From NCBI RefSeq assembly GCF_024700885.2, contig NZ_CP117016.1: a stretch of 64,000 nt of DNA; one strand, written 5' to 3'. The notes under the pieces are model-generated. The model worked only from the letters and a program-made list of their open reading frames with translations. It had not been told where the DNA came from and made no database searches. Positions within the stretch are counted from its first letter, which is position 1; every line of letters starts with the position of its first letter. The stretch comes from Escherichia coli. Lineage in GTDB: Bacteria; Pseudomonadota; Gammaproteobacteria; Enterobacterales; Enterobacteriaceae. The translations under genes and the position numbers were made by a program. Positions 1-10,943 of the stretch are shown in pieces.

Positions 1-152
1 TTGTCCTGGCAGCAGCTGAAAAACGCCATCAGCAATAAAGAAGACGGCCAGATCGTCAGTTAATGCGGAAGTTGCCAGTAAAGCATCTAAACCTTCCCGA
101 CCAGCAGCTGTACCATGAGGTGCAGTAGAAAAAACAAACGCAATTCGTTTCA

Positions 153-153
<1 letters not shown>
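1..153 (-). CDS. tusC: Sulfurtransferase complex subunit TusC, N-terminal part (gene runs off the 5' window edge)
   Basis: Reverse complement of 1-153 translates [51 protein letters not shown], which I recognise as TusC. Its ATG (151-153, minus) overlaps the tusD stop by 1 nt. Not in the ORF track because the frame is truncated by the window edge. Confidence 0.85.
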
Positions 154-1261
<1,108 letters not shown>

Positions 1262-1387
1262 GAAAAAAAACACTCCTTTTCAGGAGCCTGTCGTTAACTT
1301 TTCAGGGCAGGCTCATTAATGATGCGGGTAACTAAATTAATACAGCGGAGGTTCCGCTTTCCAGCACTAATTATATCCGGCCTGTAA

Positions 1388-1419
1388 TAAAAAAACCGCC
1401 GCCTGGTCAGGCGGCGGTT
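1388..1419 (-). terminator. Rho-independent terminator downstream of fkpA
   Basis: Inverted repeat aaccgccgcc / ggcggcggtt; on the minus strand the hairpin is followed by a T-run. Lies just 3' of the fkpA stop. Confidence 0.7.
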
Positions 1420-1427
1420 CTTAATGC

Positions 1428-2240
1428 TTATTTTTTAGCAGAATCTGCGGCTTTCGCATCAGCTTCCGGCTTTGCATCAGCCTTCGGCGCTGGTTTCACA
1501 TCCAGCAGCTCTACGTCAAACACCAGGGTAGAATTCGGTGGGATCCCCGGAACACCCGCTTTGCCGTAAGCCAGTTCTGGTGGAATAACCAGTTTGATCT
1601 TACCGCCTTTCTTGATGTTCTTCAGACCTTCTGTCCAACCCGGAATAACACCGTCCAGACGGAAAGAGAGCGGTTCACCACGGGTGTAAGAGTTGTCGAA
1701 CTCTTTACCGTCGATCAGCGTACCTTTGTAGTTCACGACAACAGTATCGCTGTCTTTCGGTGCTTCGCCTTTACCGGCTTCGACTACCTGATAAACCAGA
1801 CCAGTTGAAGAGGTTTTCACACCTTTCTCTTTGGCAAATTTCTCGCGGTACTCTTTACCTTTCACTTCGTTATCTGCCGCGTCTTTTTCCATCTTCGCCT
1901 GAGCAGAAGACTTCACGCGAGCTTCGAATGCTTGCAGTGTCTGTTCGATCTCTTGGTCGGAGAGTTTGCTCTTATCAGCAAATGCATCCTGAACACCAGC
2001 GATCAGCTGATCTTTATCCAGTTTGATGCCCAGTTTTTCTTGTTCTTTAAGAGAATTTTCCATGTAACGACCCAGCGAAGCACCCAGTGCATAAGCTGAT
2101 TTCTGATCGTCATTTTTGAACGCTGCTTTGCTGTCAGCAGTTGTAGCAGGTTTTGCAGCTTCAGCAGCAAAAGTGATCGGTGCATGCAGGGCAACGGCCA
2201 TTGTGGTCGCCAGCAGCGTTACTTTAAACAGTGATTTCAT
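1428..2240 (-). CDS. fkpA: FKBP-type peptidyl-prolyl cis-trans isomerase FkpA (periplasmic), 270 aa
   Basis: Translation has a signal-peptide-like N-terminus (MKSLFKVTLLATTMAVALHAPITFA) and an FKBP domain (VVVNYKGTLIDGKEFDNSY...LVFDVELLDV); matches remembered FkpA. Confidence 0.95.
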   Translation of the reverse strand: MKSLFKVTLLATTMAVALHAPITFAAEAAKPATTADSKAAFKNDDQKSAYALGASLGRYMENSLKEQEKLGIKLDKDQLIAGVQDAFADKSKLSDQEIEQTLQAFEARVKSSAQAKMEKDAADNEVKGKEYREKFAKEKGVKTSSTGLVYQVVEAGKGEAPKDSDTVVVNYKGTLIDGKEFDNSYTRGEPLSFRLDGVIPGWTEGLKNIKKGGKIKLVIPPELAYGKAGVPGIPPNSTLVFDVELLDVKPAPKADAKPEADAKAADSAKK

Positions 2241-2460
2241 CCATATCTCCAGGATCGGGGCATCTCACCCCAGGGTTAACTATTATCAGAAGGGTACTAT
2301 AAAGCGTTGTCGAACAAATCTACATACAGACACGCCCTATTATCATCTATTTTCAGACTCTTTTTGTTTAAATTAGTTTCGATGACCGCGAAATGAGTGC
2401 TGTCTCGGGCAGCAAAGTTAAGTAGAATCCGCGGCGACCATTCGACAAAAGAGGTGAATC

Positions 2461-2679
2461 ATGCAGGATTTATCATTTGAAGCACGCCTGGCAGAGCTGG
2501 AGAGCCGACTGGCTTTTCAGGAAATCACCATTGAAGAACTGAACGTCACGGTGACCGCTCATGAAATGGAGATGGCGAAACTGCGCGATCATCTGCGTCT
2601 GCTGACCGAGAAGCTAAAAGCCAGCCAGCCGTCGAACATCGCGTCGCAGGCTGAAGAAACGCCACCGCCACATTATTGA
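2461..2679 (+). CDS. slyX: SlyX, small coiled-coil protein, 72 aa
   Basis: Translation [28 protein letters not shown]... matches remembered SlyX; divergent from fkpA. Confidence 0.9.
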   Translation: MQDLSFEARLAELESRLAFQEITIEELNVTVTAHEMEMAKLRDHLRLLTEKLKASQPSNIASQAEETPPPHY

Positions 2680-2684
2680 GGCGT

Positions 2685-2712
2685 AAAAAAAGCGGGGATT
2701 CCCCGCTTTTTT
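2685..2712. terminator. Bidirectional rho-independent terminator shared by convergent slyX and slyD
   Basis: aaaaaaagcggggattccccgcttttttg: a perfect hairpin flanked by an A-run on one side and a T-run on the other. Confidence 0.8.
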
Positions 2713-2727
2713 GTCACTTTTTCGGTA

Positions 2728-3318
2728 TTAGTGGCAACCGCAACCGCCGTTACCTTTACCGCCGCAGCAGCCTTCGCCACCGTGTTCATGACCGTGATCG
2801 TGGCCATGACCACCGCAGCAACCGTCGTGGTCGTGATCGTGGTGATGATCGTGCGCACCGTGAACGTGGCCATGAGCCAGTTCTTCTTCAGTCGCTTCGC
2901 GAATCGCCACAACTTCAACGTTGAATTTCAGGTTCTGACCGGCCAGCATGTGGTTACCATCAACCACGACGTGATCGTCTTCAACCGCAGTGATTTCAAC
3001 CGGTACCGGACCCTGGTCAGTTTCAGCCAGGAAACGCATACCTACCTGCAGTTCATCAACGCCCATAAATACGTCTTTAGGAACGCGTTGCACCAGGTTT
3101 TCGTCGTACTGACCGTAAGCGTCGTTCGCGCCAACAGCGACATCAAATTTGTCGCCAACTTCGTGACCTTCCAGCGCCGTTTCCAGGCCAGAGATCAGGG
3201 AACCGTGACCATGCAGGTAGTCCAGCGGCGCACTCACCGGAGACTCATCAACCAACACACCGTCTTCTGTACGTACCTGATAGGCCAGGCTGACCACCAG
3301 GTCTTTTGCTACTTTCAT
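2728..3318 (-). CDS. slyD: FKBP-type PPIase / metallochaperone SlyD, 196 aa, with His/Cys-rich C-terminal tail
   Basis: Translation MKVAKDLVVSLAYQVRTEDGVLVDESP... ending HGHVHGAHDHHHDHDHDGCCGGHGHDHGHEHGGEGCCGGKGNGGCGCH; matches remembered SlyD. Confidence 0.95.
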   Translation of the reverse strand: MKVAKDLVVSLAYQVRTEDGVLVDESPVSAPLDYLHGHGSLISGLETALEGHEVGDKFDVAVGANDAYGQYDENLVQRVPKDVFMGVDELQVGMRFLAETDQGPVPVEITAVEDDHVVVDGNHMLAGQNLKFNVEVVAIREATEEELAHGHVHGAHDHHHDHDHDGCCGGHGHDHGHEHGGEGCCGGKGNGGCGCH

Positions 3319-3412
3319 GATATCTCCTGAGCATGGGAAGAATAGTGGCGCAGATTGTAGCGGAATTCTGCAGCCGTGTACTCACTAGCTTAAAAAAACT
3401 CGGCGCATATCG

Positions 3413-3613
3413 CTAGTCCGGATGAAAAATCCCGATCACTTGCTCATCTTTGCGAACGTGATCGCGGGCTTCTTTGTCCGCTTCTCGCATCTGATGTCCG
3501 CACTTAACACATTCAACAATATCAATATTATTTTCGCGCCACATCGCCATTGAATCCTGCGCCTGACAGGCCGGGCATTTTGCCCCCGCAATAAAACGTT
3601 TTCGGATTGCCAT
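3413..3613 (-). CDS. yheV: YheV, small zinc-ribbon-like protein, 66 aa
   Basis: Translation contains two CxxC pairs (CPAC ... CVKC); sits immediately downstream of kefB on the same strand. Confidence 0.8.
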   Translation of the reverse strand: MAIRKRFIAGAKCPACQAQDSMAMWRENNIDIVECVKCGHQMREADKEARDHVRKDEQVIGIFHPD

Positions 3614-3622
3614 CTTTACCCT

Positions 3623-5428
3623 CTACTCAAATTCATCCCAGCCGTCCAGCTGGCGTCGTTCTTGTTGCATTTCACGCTGGAAAATCTCTTCCAGTTCGCG
3701 TCGGGCTTCCCTGGCGCGAGAAATTTGTACGGTGTCGGCATGCATTGGGATGAGCTCCCGCAACATCCGCATATCCAGGCGGCGAAAATGCAGTTGCGCC
3801 CGCTGCGCCTGATGTGGATGCATGCCTAGCGTGACCAGCGTCTTGCGCCCCAGCTCTAACGCACTGGAGAATGTCTCACGAGAAAACTGCGTCACCCCTG
3901 CCTGTAATAACTCATGCGCCTCCACACGTCCGCGCGCTCGCGCAAGAATATGTAAATGCGGAAAGTGCTGCTGGCATATTTCCACCAGTTTCATGGTGTC
4001 TTCCGGCTCATTACAGGTAATGACGATAGACTCAGCGGCCTCTGCACCCGCAGAACGTAAAAGATCTACCTGCGTGGCGTCGCCGTAATAAACTTTGTAG
4101 CCATATTTGCGCATCAGGTTAACGGCACTGATATCCCGCTCCAGCACAGTAATGCGCATTTTATTTGCCATCAGCAAACGACCAATCACCTGACCAAAAC
4201 GTCCAAAGCCCACGACAATGACCTGCGGTTTATCATCGTTGACCCACGGTTTTTCATCCTCTTCTTCCGGTCCGTTAAACTGGCGGGATAGCCATTTATC
4301 TACCAGCTTCATCAGCAGCGGCGTGGTCATCATGGAAAGCGTCACCGTCACCAGCAACAGCGCCATCTGGTCACCCTGGAATAAGCGTTGTGAAGAAGCG
4401 GTAGAAAAGAGCACAAAGGCAAACTCACCGCCCTGACTCAACACGCCAGCAAACTGCATCCGCTCTGAGCTACGCACGCCATACAGTCGCGCCAGCAGAT
4501 ACAGCACGAGAATTTTCACCGCCACCAGCACAACCACAGCTATCACTACCCACAACAGATGGGTATAAAGCACCCCGAGGTTGAGCGACATGCCGACAGA
4601 GATAAAGAACAAACCGAGCAGCAACCCCTTAAACGGATCGATAGCCGTTTCCAGTTCATGGCGATATTCACTTTCCGCCAGCAGCACGCCTGCAATAAAC
4701 GTACCGAGCGCCATCGACAGCCCCAGCGCATCCATAAACAATGCGGAACCCAACACCAGCAGCAACGTCGCGGCGGTGAACACTTCCCGCACGCCAGAAG
4801 CTGCAATAAAGCGGAATACCGGACGCAGTAAATAGCGCCCGCCAATCAGCATGCCGACAAACGCCAGCACCTTCATGCCGATCTTCATCCAGTCGAAATG
4901 TTCGTCTGCCGAACCCGCCAACAACGGCACTAACGCCAGTGCCGGGATCACTGCCAGATCCTGAAACAGCAGAACCGAAAACCCGAGCTGCCCGGATTCG
5001 CTGCGATTCATCCCTTTATCACGCATCAGTTGCAACGCCATTGCGGTTGAGGACATCGCAAGGCCAATACCACCGACCACCGCCGCCTGCCAGGCGAAAT
5101 CCGTCAGCATCAATAATCCCGCCAGCAACGCCGCGCTTAACAGCACCTGTGCCGCACCTACGCCAAAAATCGAACGCCGCAATTGCCAAAGCTTGGAGGG
5201 ATTCAACTCCAGGCCGATGATAAACATCAGGAACACCACGCCGAGTTCCGAAAAGTGGAGGATCTCATCGACGTCGCTAATAAAACCCAGCCCCCACGGG
5301 CCAATTGCAATCCCTGCCAGCAAATATCCCAACACAGCGCCAATACCCAGCCGCGATGCCAGCGGCACCGCAGCCACCGCCGCGAAGAGAAACAACACTC
5401 CTGCGAGTAAAAAATCGGAACCTTCCAT
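3623..5428 (-). CDS. kefB: Glutathione-regulated K+/H+ efflux antiporter KefB, 601 aa
   Basis: Multi-TM N-terminal domain plus C-terminal KTN/Rossmann segment ([17 protein letters not shown]); matches remembered KefB. Confidence 0.95.
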   Translation of the reverse strand: MEGSDFLLAGVLFLFAAVAAVPLASRLGIGAVLGYLLAGIAIGPWGLGFISDVDEILHFSELGVVFLMFIIGLELNPSKLWQLRRSIFGVGAAQVLLSAALLAGLLMLTDFAWQAAVVGGIGLAMSSTAMALQLMRDKGMNRSESGQLGFSVLLFQDLAVIPALALVPLLAGSADEHFDWMKIGMKVLAFVGMLIGGRYLLRPVFRFIAASGVREVFTAATLLLVLGSALFMDALGLSMALGTFIAGVLLAESEYRHELETAIDPFKGLLLGLFFISVGMSLNLGVLYTHLLWVVIAVVVLVAVKILVLYLLARLYGVRSSERMQFAGVLSQGGEFAFVLFSTASSQRLFQGDQMALLLVTVTLSMMTTPLLMKLVDKWLSRQFNGPEEEDEKPWVNDDKPQVIVVGFGRFGQVIGRLLMANKMRITVLERDISAVNLMRKYGYKVYYGDATQVDLLRSAGAEAAESIVITCNEPEDTMKLVEICQQHFPHLHILARARGRVEAHELLQAGVTQFSRETFSSALELGRKTLVTLGMHPHQAQRAQLHFRRLDMRMLRELIPMHADTVQISRAREARRELEEIFQREMQQERRQLDGWDEFE

Positions 5429-5982
5429 CAGCGGCCTCCTGGAGACAGCGGATTTGCCAGCCAGTCACCGTAGGCTCTGGCGTGACTCGCCAGCTCCTGT
5501 GCGCTTTGCCGTCTCGCCCAGTAAATAATGATGGGACTCAACCAATGCATCCGGCACATGCCCGCCGCTAGTTCAAAGGGGCGCAGAACATCGCTCATCG
5601 GGTAGCGATTCAAGGCGTCATAACGGTAAGCACTTTCCGGCTCGCCGGTGGTAATCACGCTACGCCAGTACTTTCCCGCCAGTTGGTTTCCTCCCGGCCC
5701 GCTGGCAAAACCACGGCTTAATACCCGGTCCAGCCACTCTTTCAGTAGCGCCGGGCAGCTATAGGTATAAAGAGGATGCTGAAAGACAATCACCTCGTGC
5801 TCGCGCAGTAATGCCTGCTCACGGGGGATATCAATAAAAAAATCGGGATAGTGCGCGTAAAGGTCGTGCACGGTAACATTGCTGAGCTGCGTGGCCGGTT
5901 TAAGCAGTACCCGGTTTGCCACCGAGTCCTGAGATTCCGGATGGGCATACAGCAGCAAAACTTTCGCTGGCTGAGACATCAT
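5428..5982 (-). CDS. kefG: KefG, ancillary quinone-oxidoreductase-like subunit of the KefB system, 184 aa
   Basis: Translation [20 protein letters not shown]...; stop overlaps the kefB start by 1 nt (translational coupling). Confidence 0.92.
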
Positions 5983-6109
5983 CCCCCTCCCGGTATGGTT
6001 TTTGTGTATAGTCGCTGTTTTGGGCTACCATTGCGCCCGGTGCGGCAGCTCGCCCATACATTACATTATCATAATGATAAGTTAACATAGTCTGAACATA
6101 CGGCACCTT

Positions 6110-8023
6110 ATGATTGTTTTCTCCTCGTTACAAATTCGTCGCGGCGTGCGCGTCCTGCTGGATAATGCCACCGCCACCATCAACCCCGGGCAGAAAGTCG
6201 GCCTGGTGGGTAAAAACGGCTGTGGTAAATCTACCCTGCTGGCATTGCTGAAAAATGAACTCAGCGCCGACGGCGGCAGCTACACCTTTCCGGGAAGCTG
6301 GCAACTGGCGTGGGTGAATCAGGAAACGCCGGCGTTACCGCAAGCAGCGCTGGAATATGTCATTGACGGCGACCGTGAATATCGCCAACTGGAAGCGCAG
6401 CTACGCGACGCCAACGAACGTAACGACGGGCACGCCATTGCGACCATTCATGGCAAGCTGGATGCTATTGACGCATGGAGTATTCGCTCCCGCGCCGCAA
6501 GTCTGTTGCACGGCCTCGGTTTCAGCAATGAACAACTCGAGCGTCCGGTAAGTGATTTCTCCGGTGGCTGGCGTATGCGTCTTAACCTTGCCCAGGCGCT
6601 GATTTGCCGTTCAGACTTGCTGCTGCTCGACGAACCGACTAACCACCTCGATCTCGATGCCGTTATCTGGCTGGAAAAATGGCTGAAGAGCTATCAGGGC
6701 ACGCTGATCCTGATCTCTCACGACCGCGATTTCCTCGATCCGATCGTCGATAAAATTATTCATATCGAACAACAAAGCATGTTCGAGTACACCGGCAACT
6801 ACAGTTCGTTTGAAGTACAGCGCGCCACCCGTCTGGCGCAGCAACAAGCGATGTACGAAAGCCAGCAGGAACGCGTGGCGCATCTGCAAAGTTATATCGA
6901 CCGTTTCCGTGCCAAAGCCACCAAAGCGAAGCAGGCCCAGAGCCGTATTAAGATGCTGGAGCGTATGGAGCTGATTGCCCCCGCGCACGTCGACAACCCG
7001 TTTCGTTTTAGCTTCCGCGCGCCGGAAAGCCTGCCTAATCCGTTATTAAAGATGGAAAAAGTCAGCGCAGGCTATGGTGATCGCATTATTCTCGACTCGA
7101 TTAAACTGAATCTGGTGCCCGGCTCGCGCATTGGTCTGTTAGGCCGCAACGGCGCGGGTAAATCGACATTAATCAAACTGTTAGCTGGCGAACTTGCGCC
7201 AGTCAGCGGTGAAATTGGTCTGGCGAAAGGGATCAAGCTCGGCTACTTCGCCCAGCATCAACTGGAATACCTGCGCGCCGACGAATCGCCTATTCAACAT
7301 CTGGCACGTTTAGCGCCGCAGGAACTGGAACAAAAACTGCGTGACTACCTCGGCGGCTTTGGTTTCCAGGGCGATAAAGTGACGGAAGAAACGCGCCGCT
7401 TTTCCGGTGGGGAAAAAGCCCGCCTGGTGCTGGCATTAATCGTCTGGCAGCGTCCGAATCTGCTGCTGCTCGACGAACCGACCAACCACCTTGACCTCGA
7501 CATGCGTCAGGCACTCACCGAAGCATTAATCGAGTTCGAAGGCGCGCTGGTTGTCGTCTCGCACGACCGTCATTTGCTGCGTTCCACCACTGACGATCTC
7601 TACCTGGTTCACGATCGTAAAGTCGAACCGTTCGACGGCGATCTGGAAGATTATCAACAGTGGTTGAGCGACGTACAAAAGCAGGAAAACCAGACCGACG
7701 AAGCGCCAAAAGAGAACGCAAACAGCGCCCAGGCACGTAAAGATCAGAAGCGTCGGGAAGCGGAGCTGCGTGCGCAAACCCAACCGCTGCGTAAAGAGAT
7801 CGCCCGTCTGGAAAAAGAGATGGAAAAGCTGAACGCACAGCTGGCGCAGGCGGAAGAGAAACTCGGCGACAGCGAACTGTACGATCAAAGCCGTAAAGCA
7901 GAACTGACCGCCTGCCTGCAACAGCAAGCCAGCGCCAAATCCGGCCTGGAAGAGTGCGAAATGGCGTGGCTGGAAGCCCAGGAGCAGCTTGAGCAGATGC
8001 TGCTGGAAGGCCAAAGCAACTGA
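6110..8023 (+). CDS. yheS: ABC-F family ATPase YheS (two ABC cassettes, no transmembrane domain), 637 aa
   Basis: Two Walker A motifs (GKNGCGKST, GRNGAGKST) and two signature/Walker B regions (LSGGWRMR...LLLLDEPTNHLD twice), then a charged coiled-coil C-terminal tail. Confidence 0.93.
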   Translation: MIVFSSLQIRRGVRVLLDNATATINPGQKVGLVGKNGCGKSTLLALLKNELSADGGSYTFPGSWQLAWVNQETPALPQAALEYVIDGDREYRQLEAQLRDANERNDGHAIATIHGKLDAIDAWSIRSRAASLLHGLGFSNEQLERPVSDFSGGWRMRLNLAQALICRSDLLLLDEPTNHLDLDAVIWLEKWLKSYQGTLILISHDRDFLDPIVDKIIHIEQQSMFEYTGNYSSFEVQRATRLAQQQAMYESQQERVAHLQSYIDRFRAKATKAKQAQSRIKMLERMELIAPAHVDNPFRFSFRAPESLPNPLLKMEKVSAGYGDRIILDSIKLNLVPGSRIGLLGRNGAGKSTLIKLLAGELAPVSGEIGLAKGIKLGYFAQHQLEYLRADESPIQHLARLAPQELEQKLRDYLGGFGFQGDKVTEETRRFSGGEKARLVLALIVWQRPNLLLLDEPTNHLDLDMRQALTEALIEFEGALVVVSHDRHLLRSTTDDLYLVHDRKVEPFDGDLEDYQQWLSDVQKQENQTDEAPKENANSAQARKDQKRREAELRAQTQPLRKEIARLEKEMEKLNAQLAQAEEKLGDSELYDQSRKAELTACLQQQASAKSGLEECEMAWLEAQEQLEQMLLEGQSN

Positions 8024-9045
8024 TGGCGCAGATAACGACGACCGATGCCAATGAATTCAGCAGCAGTGCTGAATTCACCCCTATGCGCGGCTTTAGCAAT
8101 TGTCATCTACAAACCATGCTGCCGCGTCTGTTTCGTCGCAAGGTGAAATTCACCCCGCACTGGCAGCGACTGGAGTTGCCCGACGGCGATTTTGTCGATC
8201 TCGCGTGGAGTGAAGATCCTGCACAGGCGCGGCATAAACCGCGTTTAGTCGTGTTTCACGGGCTCGAAGGCAGTCTCAATAGCCCTTACGCCCACGGTCT
8301 GGTTGAGGCGGCGCAAAAGCGTGGCTGGCTGGGCGTGGTGATGCATTTTCGCGGATGCAGCGGTGAACCAAACCGTATGCACCGCATTTACCATTCGGGC
8401 GAAACCGAAGACGCCAGTTGGTTTTTACGCTGGCTGCAACGCGAATTTGGTCATGCGCCAACGGCTGCCGTCGGCTATTCGCTCGGCGGAAATATGCTGG
8501 CCTGTTTGCTGGCAAAAGAAGGTAATAACCTCCCGATTGATGCAGCGGTAATTGTCTCCGCGCCATTTATGCTGGAGGCCTGTAGTTACCATATGGAAAA
8601 GGGCTTTTCCCGCGTTTATCAGCGTTACTTGCTGAACCTGTTAAAAGCCAATGCCGCGCGCAAGCTGGCAGCCTACCCCGGAACGCTGCCGATTAATCTC
8701 GCGCAGTTAAAATCGGTACGTCGCATCCGTGAATTTGACGATCTCATCACCGCCAGAATTCACGGCTACGCTGACGCTATCGACTATTATCGTCAGTGTA
8801 GCGCCATGCCGATGCTCAATCGGATAGCCAAACCGACGCTGATTATTCACGCCAAAGACGATCCGTTTATGGATCATCAGGTGATCCCGAAACCGGAAAG
8901 TCTCCCCCCGCAGGTGGAGTATCAGCTGACTGAACATGGCGGTCATGTTGGCTTTATTGGCGGTACATTACTTCATCCACAAATGTGGCTGGAGTCACGC
9001 ATTCCTGACTGGTTAACAACGTATCTGGAGGCGAAATCATGTTGA
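8023..9045 (+). CDS. yheT: Alpha/beta-fold hydrolase YheT, 340 aa
   Basis: GYSLGG nucleophile-elbow motif in the translation; start overlaps the yheS stop by 1 nt. Confidence 0.9.
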
Positions 9046-9257
9046 TTCCGTGGCAAGACCTCTCCCCCGAAACGCTGGAAAATTTAATTGAAAGCTTTGT
9101 GTTACGTGAAGGCACCGATTATGGTGAACATGAGCGTACACTTGAACAGAAAGTCGCCGACGTCAAACGCCAGCTACAGTGCGGAGAAGCGGTGCTGGTA
9201 TGGTCGGAGCTGCACGAAACGGTCAATATCATGCCGCGCAGTCAGTTTCGCGAATAA
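9039..9257 (+). CDS. yheU: YheU, small protein of unknown function, 72 aa
   Basis: ORF overlaps the yheT 3' end by 7 nt; translation [20 protein letters not shown]... matches remembered YheU. Confidence 0.85.
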
Positions 9258-9310
9258 CCTGCAACCGTCGGCGGACGAGATAATAATGATAGCTAAGTCA
9301 TGGAGTTACT

Positions 9311-10180
9311 ATGTCTGCCAAACATCCGGTCATTGCGGTAACAGGATCTAGCGGCGCGGGGACCACCACCACCAGCCTCGCGTTTCGTAAAATATTCGCG
9401 CAGTTAAATCTGCATGCAGCCGAGGTGGAAGGCGACAGTTTTCACCGTTACACCCGCCCGGAAATGGACATGGCGATCCGCAAAGCGCGCGACGCCGGGC
9501 GGCATATCAGCTACTTCGGCCCCGAAGCGAACGACTTTGGCCTGCTGGAACAAACCTTCATTGAATATGGTCAGAGCGGCAAAGGGAAATCTCGCAAATA
9601 TCTGCATACCTACGATGAAGCCGTACCGTGGAATCAGGTACCGGGGACATTCACCCCCTGGCAACCTTTACCGGAACCCACTGATGTACTGTTTTATGAA
9701 GGTTTACACGGCGGCGTAGTCACGCCACAGCATAACGTTGCGCAGCATGTGGACTTACTGGTCGGCGTGGTGCCTATCGTTAACCTTGAGTGGATTCAAA
9801 AACTGATCCGCGACACCAGCGAGCGCGGGCACTCACGAGAAGCAGTGATGGACTCGGTAGTGCGCTCAATGGAAGACTATATCAACTACATCACACCGCA
9901 GTTTTCCCGCACCCATCTTAACTTCCAGCGCGTTCCCACCGTCGACACTTCAAACCCGTTCGCGGCAAAAGCTATCCCGTCGCTGGATGAAAGCTTTGTG
10001 GTGATCCATTTTCGTAATCTGGAAGGGATCGATTTCCCCTGGCTGCTGGCGATGTTGCAAGGCTCATTCATTTCCCACATCAATACGTTAGTGGTACCGG
10101 GCGGCAAAATGGGTCTGGCAATGGAATTAATTATGCTGCCGCTGGTGCAACGATTGATGGAAGGAAAGAAAATCGAGTAA
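9311..10180 (+). CDS. prkB: Phosphoribulokinase-homologous P-loop kinase PrkB, 289 aa
   Basis: N-terminal P-loop (VTGSSGAGTTT); translation matches remembered PrkB. Confidence 0.9.
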   Translation: MSAKHPVIAVTGSSGAGTTTTSLAFRKIFAQLNLHAAEVEGDSFHRYTRPEMDMAIRKARDAGRHISYFGPEANDFGLLEQTFIEYGQSGKGKSRKYLHTYDEAVPWNQVPGTFTPWQPLPEPTDVLFYEGLHGGVVTPQHNVAQHVDLLVGVVPIVNLEWIQKLIRDTSERGHSREAVMDSVVRSMEDYINYITPQFSRTHLNFQRVPTVDTSNPFAAKAIPSLDESFVVIHFRNLEGIDFPWLLAMLQGSFISHINTLVVPGGKMGLAMELIMLPLVQRLMEGKKIE

Positions 10181-10234
10181 CTTTGCTATTACGCCGGATA
10201 AAATACTATCCGGCTTCACAATGGGATAGTTAAA

Positions 10235-10639
10235 TCACGCGGCAACCACTTCATACGAGTGAGTAATATTCACCGCTTTTTCCAGCATCAACGCCACTGA
10301 ACAATATTTCTCGGCAGAGAGATCTACCGCACGCGCAACCGCTGCGTCTTTCAGGTCGCGACCGGTGACGATAAAATGCAGATTAATGTGCGTAAACAGG
10401 CGTGGTGCCTCTTCGCGGCGTTCAGAGGTCAATTTTACTTCACAATCGACCACATCCTGACGCCCTTTTTGCAGAATAGAAACCACATCGATGGCACTGC
10501 AACCACCCGCCGCCATCAACACCATTTCCATCGGACTTGGTGCTTTATCACCAGAGTTACCGTCCATTAAAATCTGGTGACCAGAGGCGGATTCGCCCAG
10601 AAAAGTTAACCCTTCGACCCACTTCACTCGCGCTTGCAT
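10235..10639 (-). CDS. yhfA: OsmC/Ohr-family protein YhfA, 134 aa
   Basis: ORF track 10235..10648; I chose the internal ATG (MQARVKWVEG...) from the remembered 134-aa length. The start codon is uncertain by 3 codons. Confidence 0.82.
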   Translation of the reverse strand: MQARVKWVEGLTFLGESASGHQILMDGNSGDKAPSPMEMVLMAAGGCSAIDVVSILQKGRQDVVDCEVKLTSERREEAPRLFTHINLHFIVTGRDLKDAAVARAVDLSAEKYCSVALMLEKAVNITHSYEVVAA

Positions 10640-10649
10640 TTTTGCCACT

Positions 10650-10943
10650 CCACTGCATCAAATTTATTCACAGCGTACGCGTACTGAGCAAATCGCGCAA
10701 CAGAAGGCGACCTGAGTCAAGCTGAAGCGAGACACCAGGAGACACACGGCGAAAGCTATGCTAAAACAGTCAAGATGCTACAGTAATACATTGATGTACT
10801 GCATGTGTGTAACGGACTTCACATAACAGATGCAGTACGTATTTGACAGCCTCTTCCCAGATAGCGGGAAGCACATTTCGGCAATCCAGAGACAGCGGCG
10901 TTTTCTGGCTCTGGAGAAAGCTTATAACAGAGGATAACCGCGC
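10650..10943. promoter_or_regulatory. crp / yhfA divergent promoter region, including a CRP-like autoregulatory site near 10805-10826
   Basis: 294-bp intergenic region. tgtaacggacttcaca approximates TGTGA-N6-TCACA, about 120-140 bp upstream of the crp ATG, consistent with the known downstream autoregulatory CRP site. Exact promoter hexamers not resolved. Confidence 0.5.

Noticed and set aside
2731-3330. 199-aa plus-strand ORF opposite slyD
   Set aside because: Fully antisense to a confidently identified gene; composition is driven by the repetitive His/Asp codons of slyD; shadow ORF.
7515-8099. 194-aa and 162-aa minus-strand ORFs inside yheS
   Set aside because: Antisense to the yheS coding region with an Arg/Ala/Leu-rich composition typical of GC-rich shadow frames; no independent start or terminator context.
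10193-10214. Hairpin gccggataaaatactatccggc between convergent prkB and yhfA
   Set aside because: Perfect short stem but no flanking U-tract on either strand, so I did not call it as a terminator; could still be an RNA-stability element.
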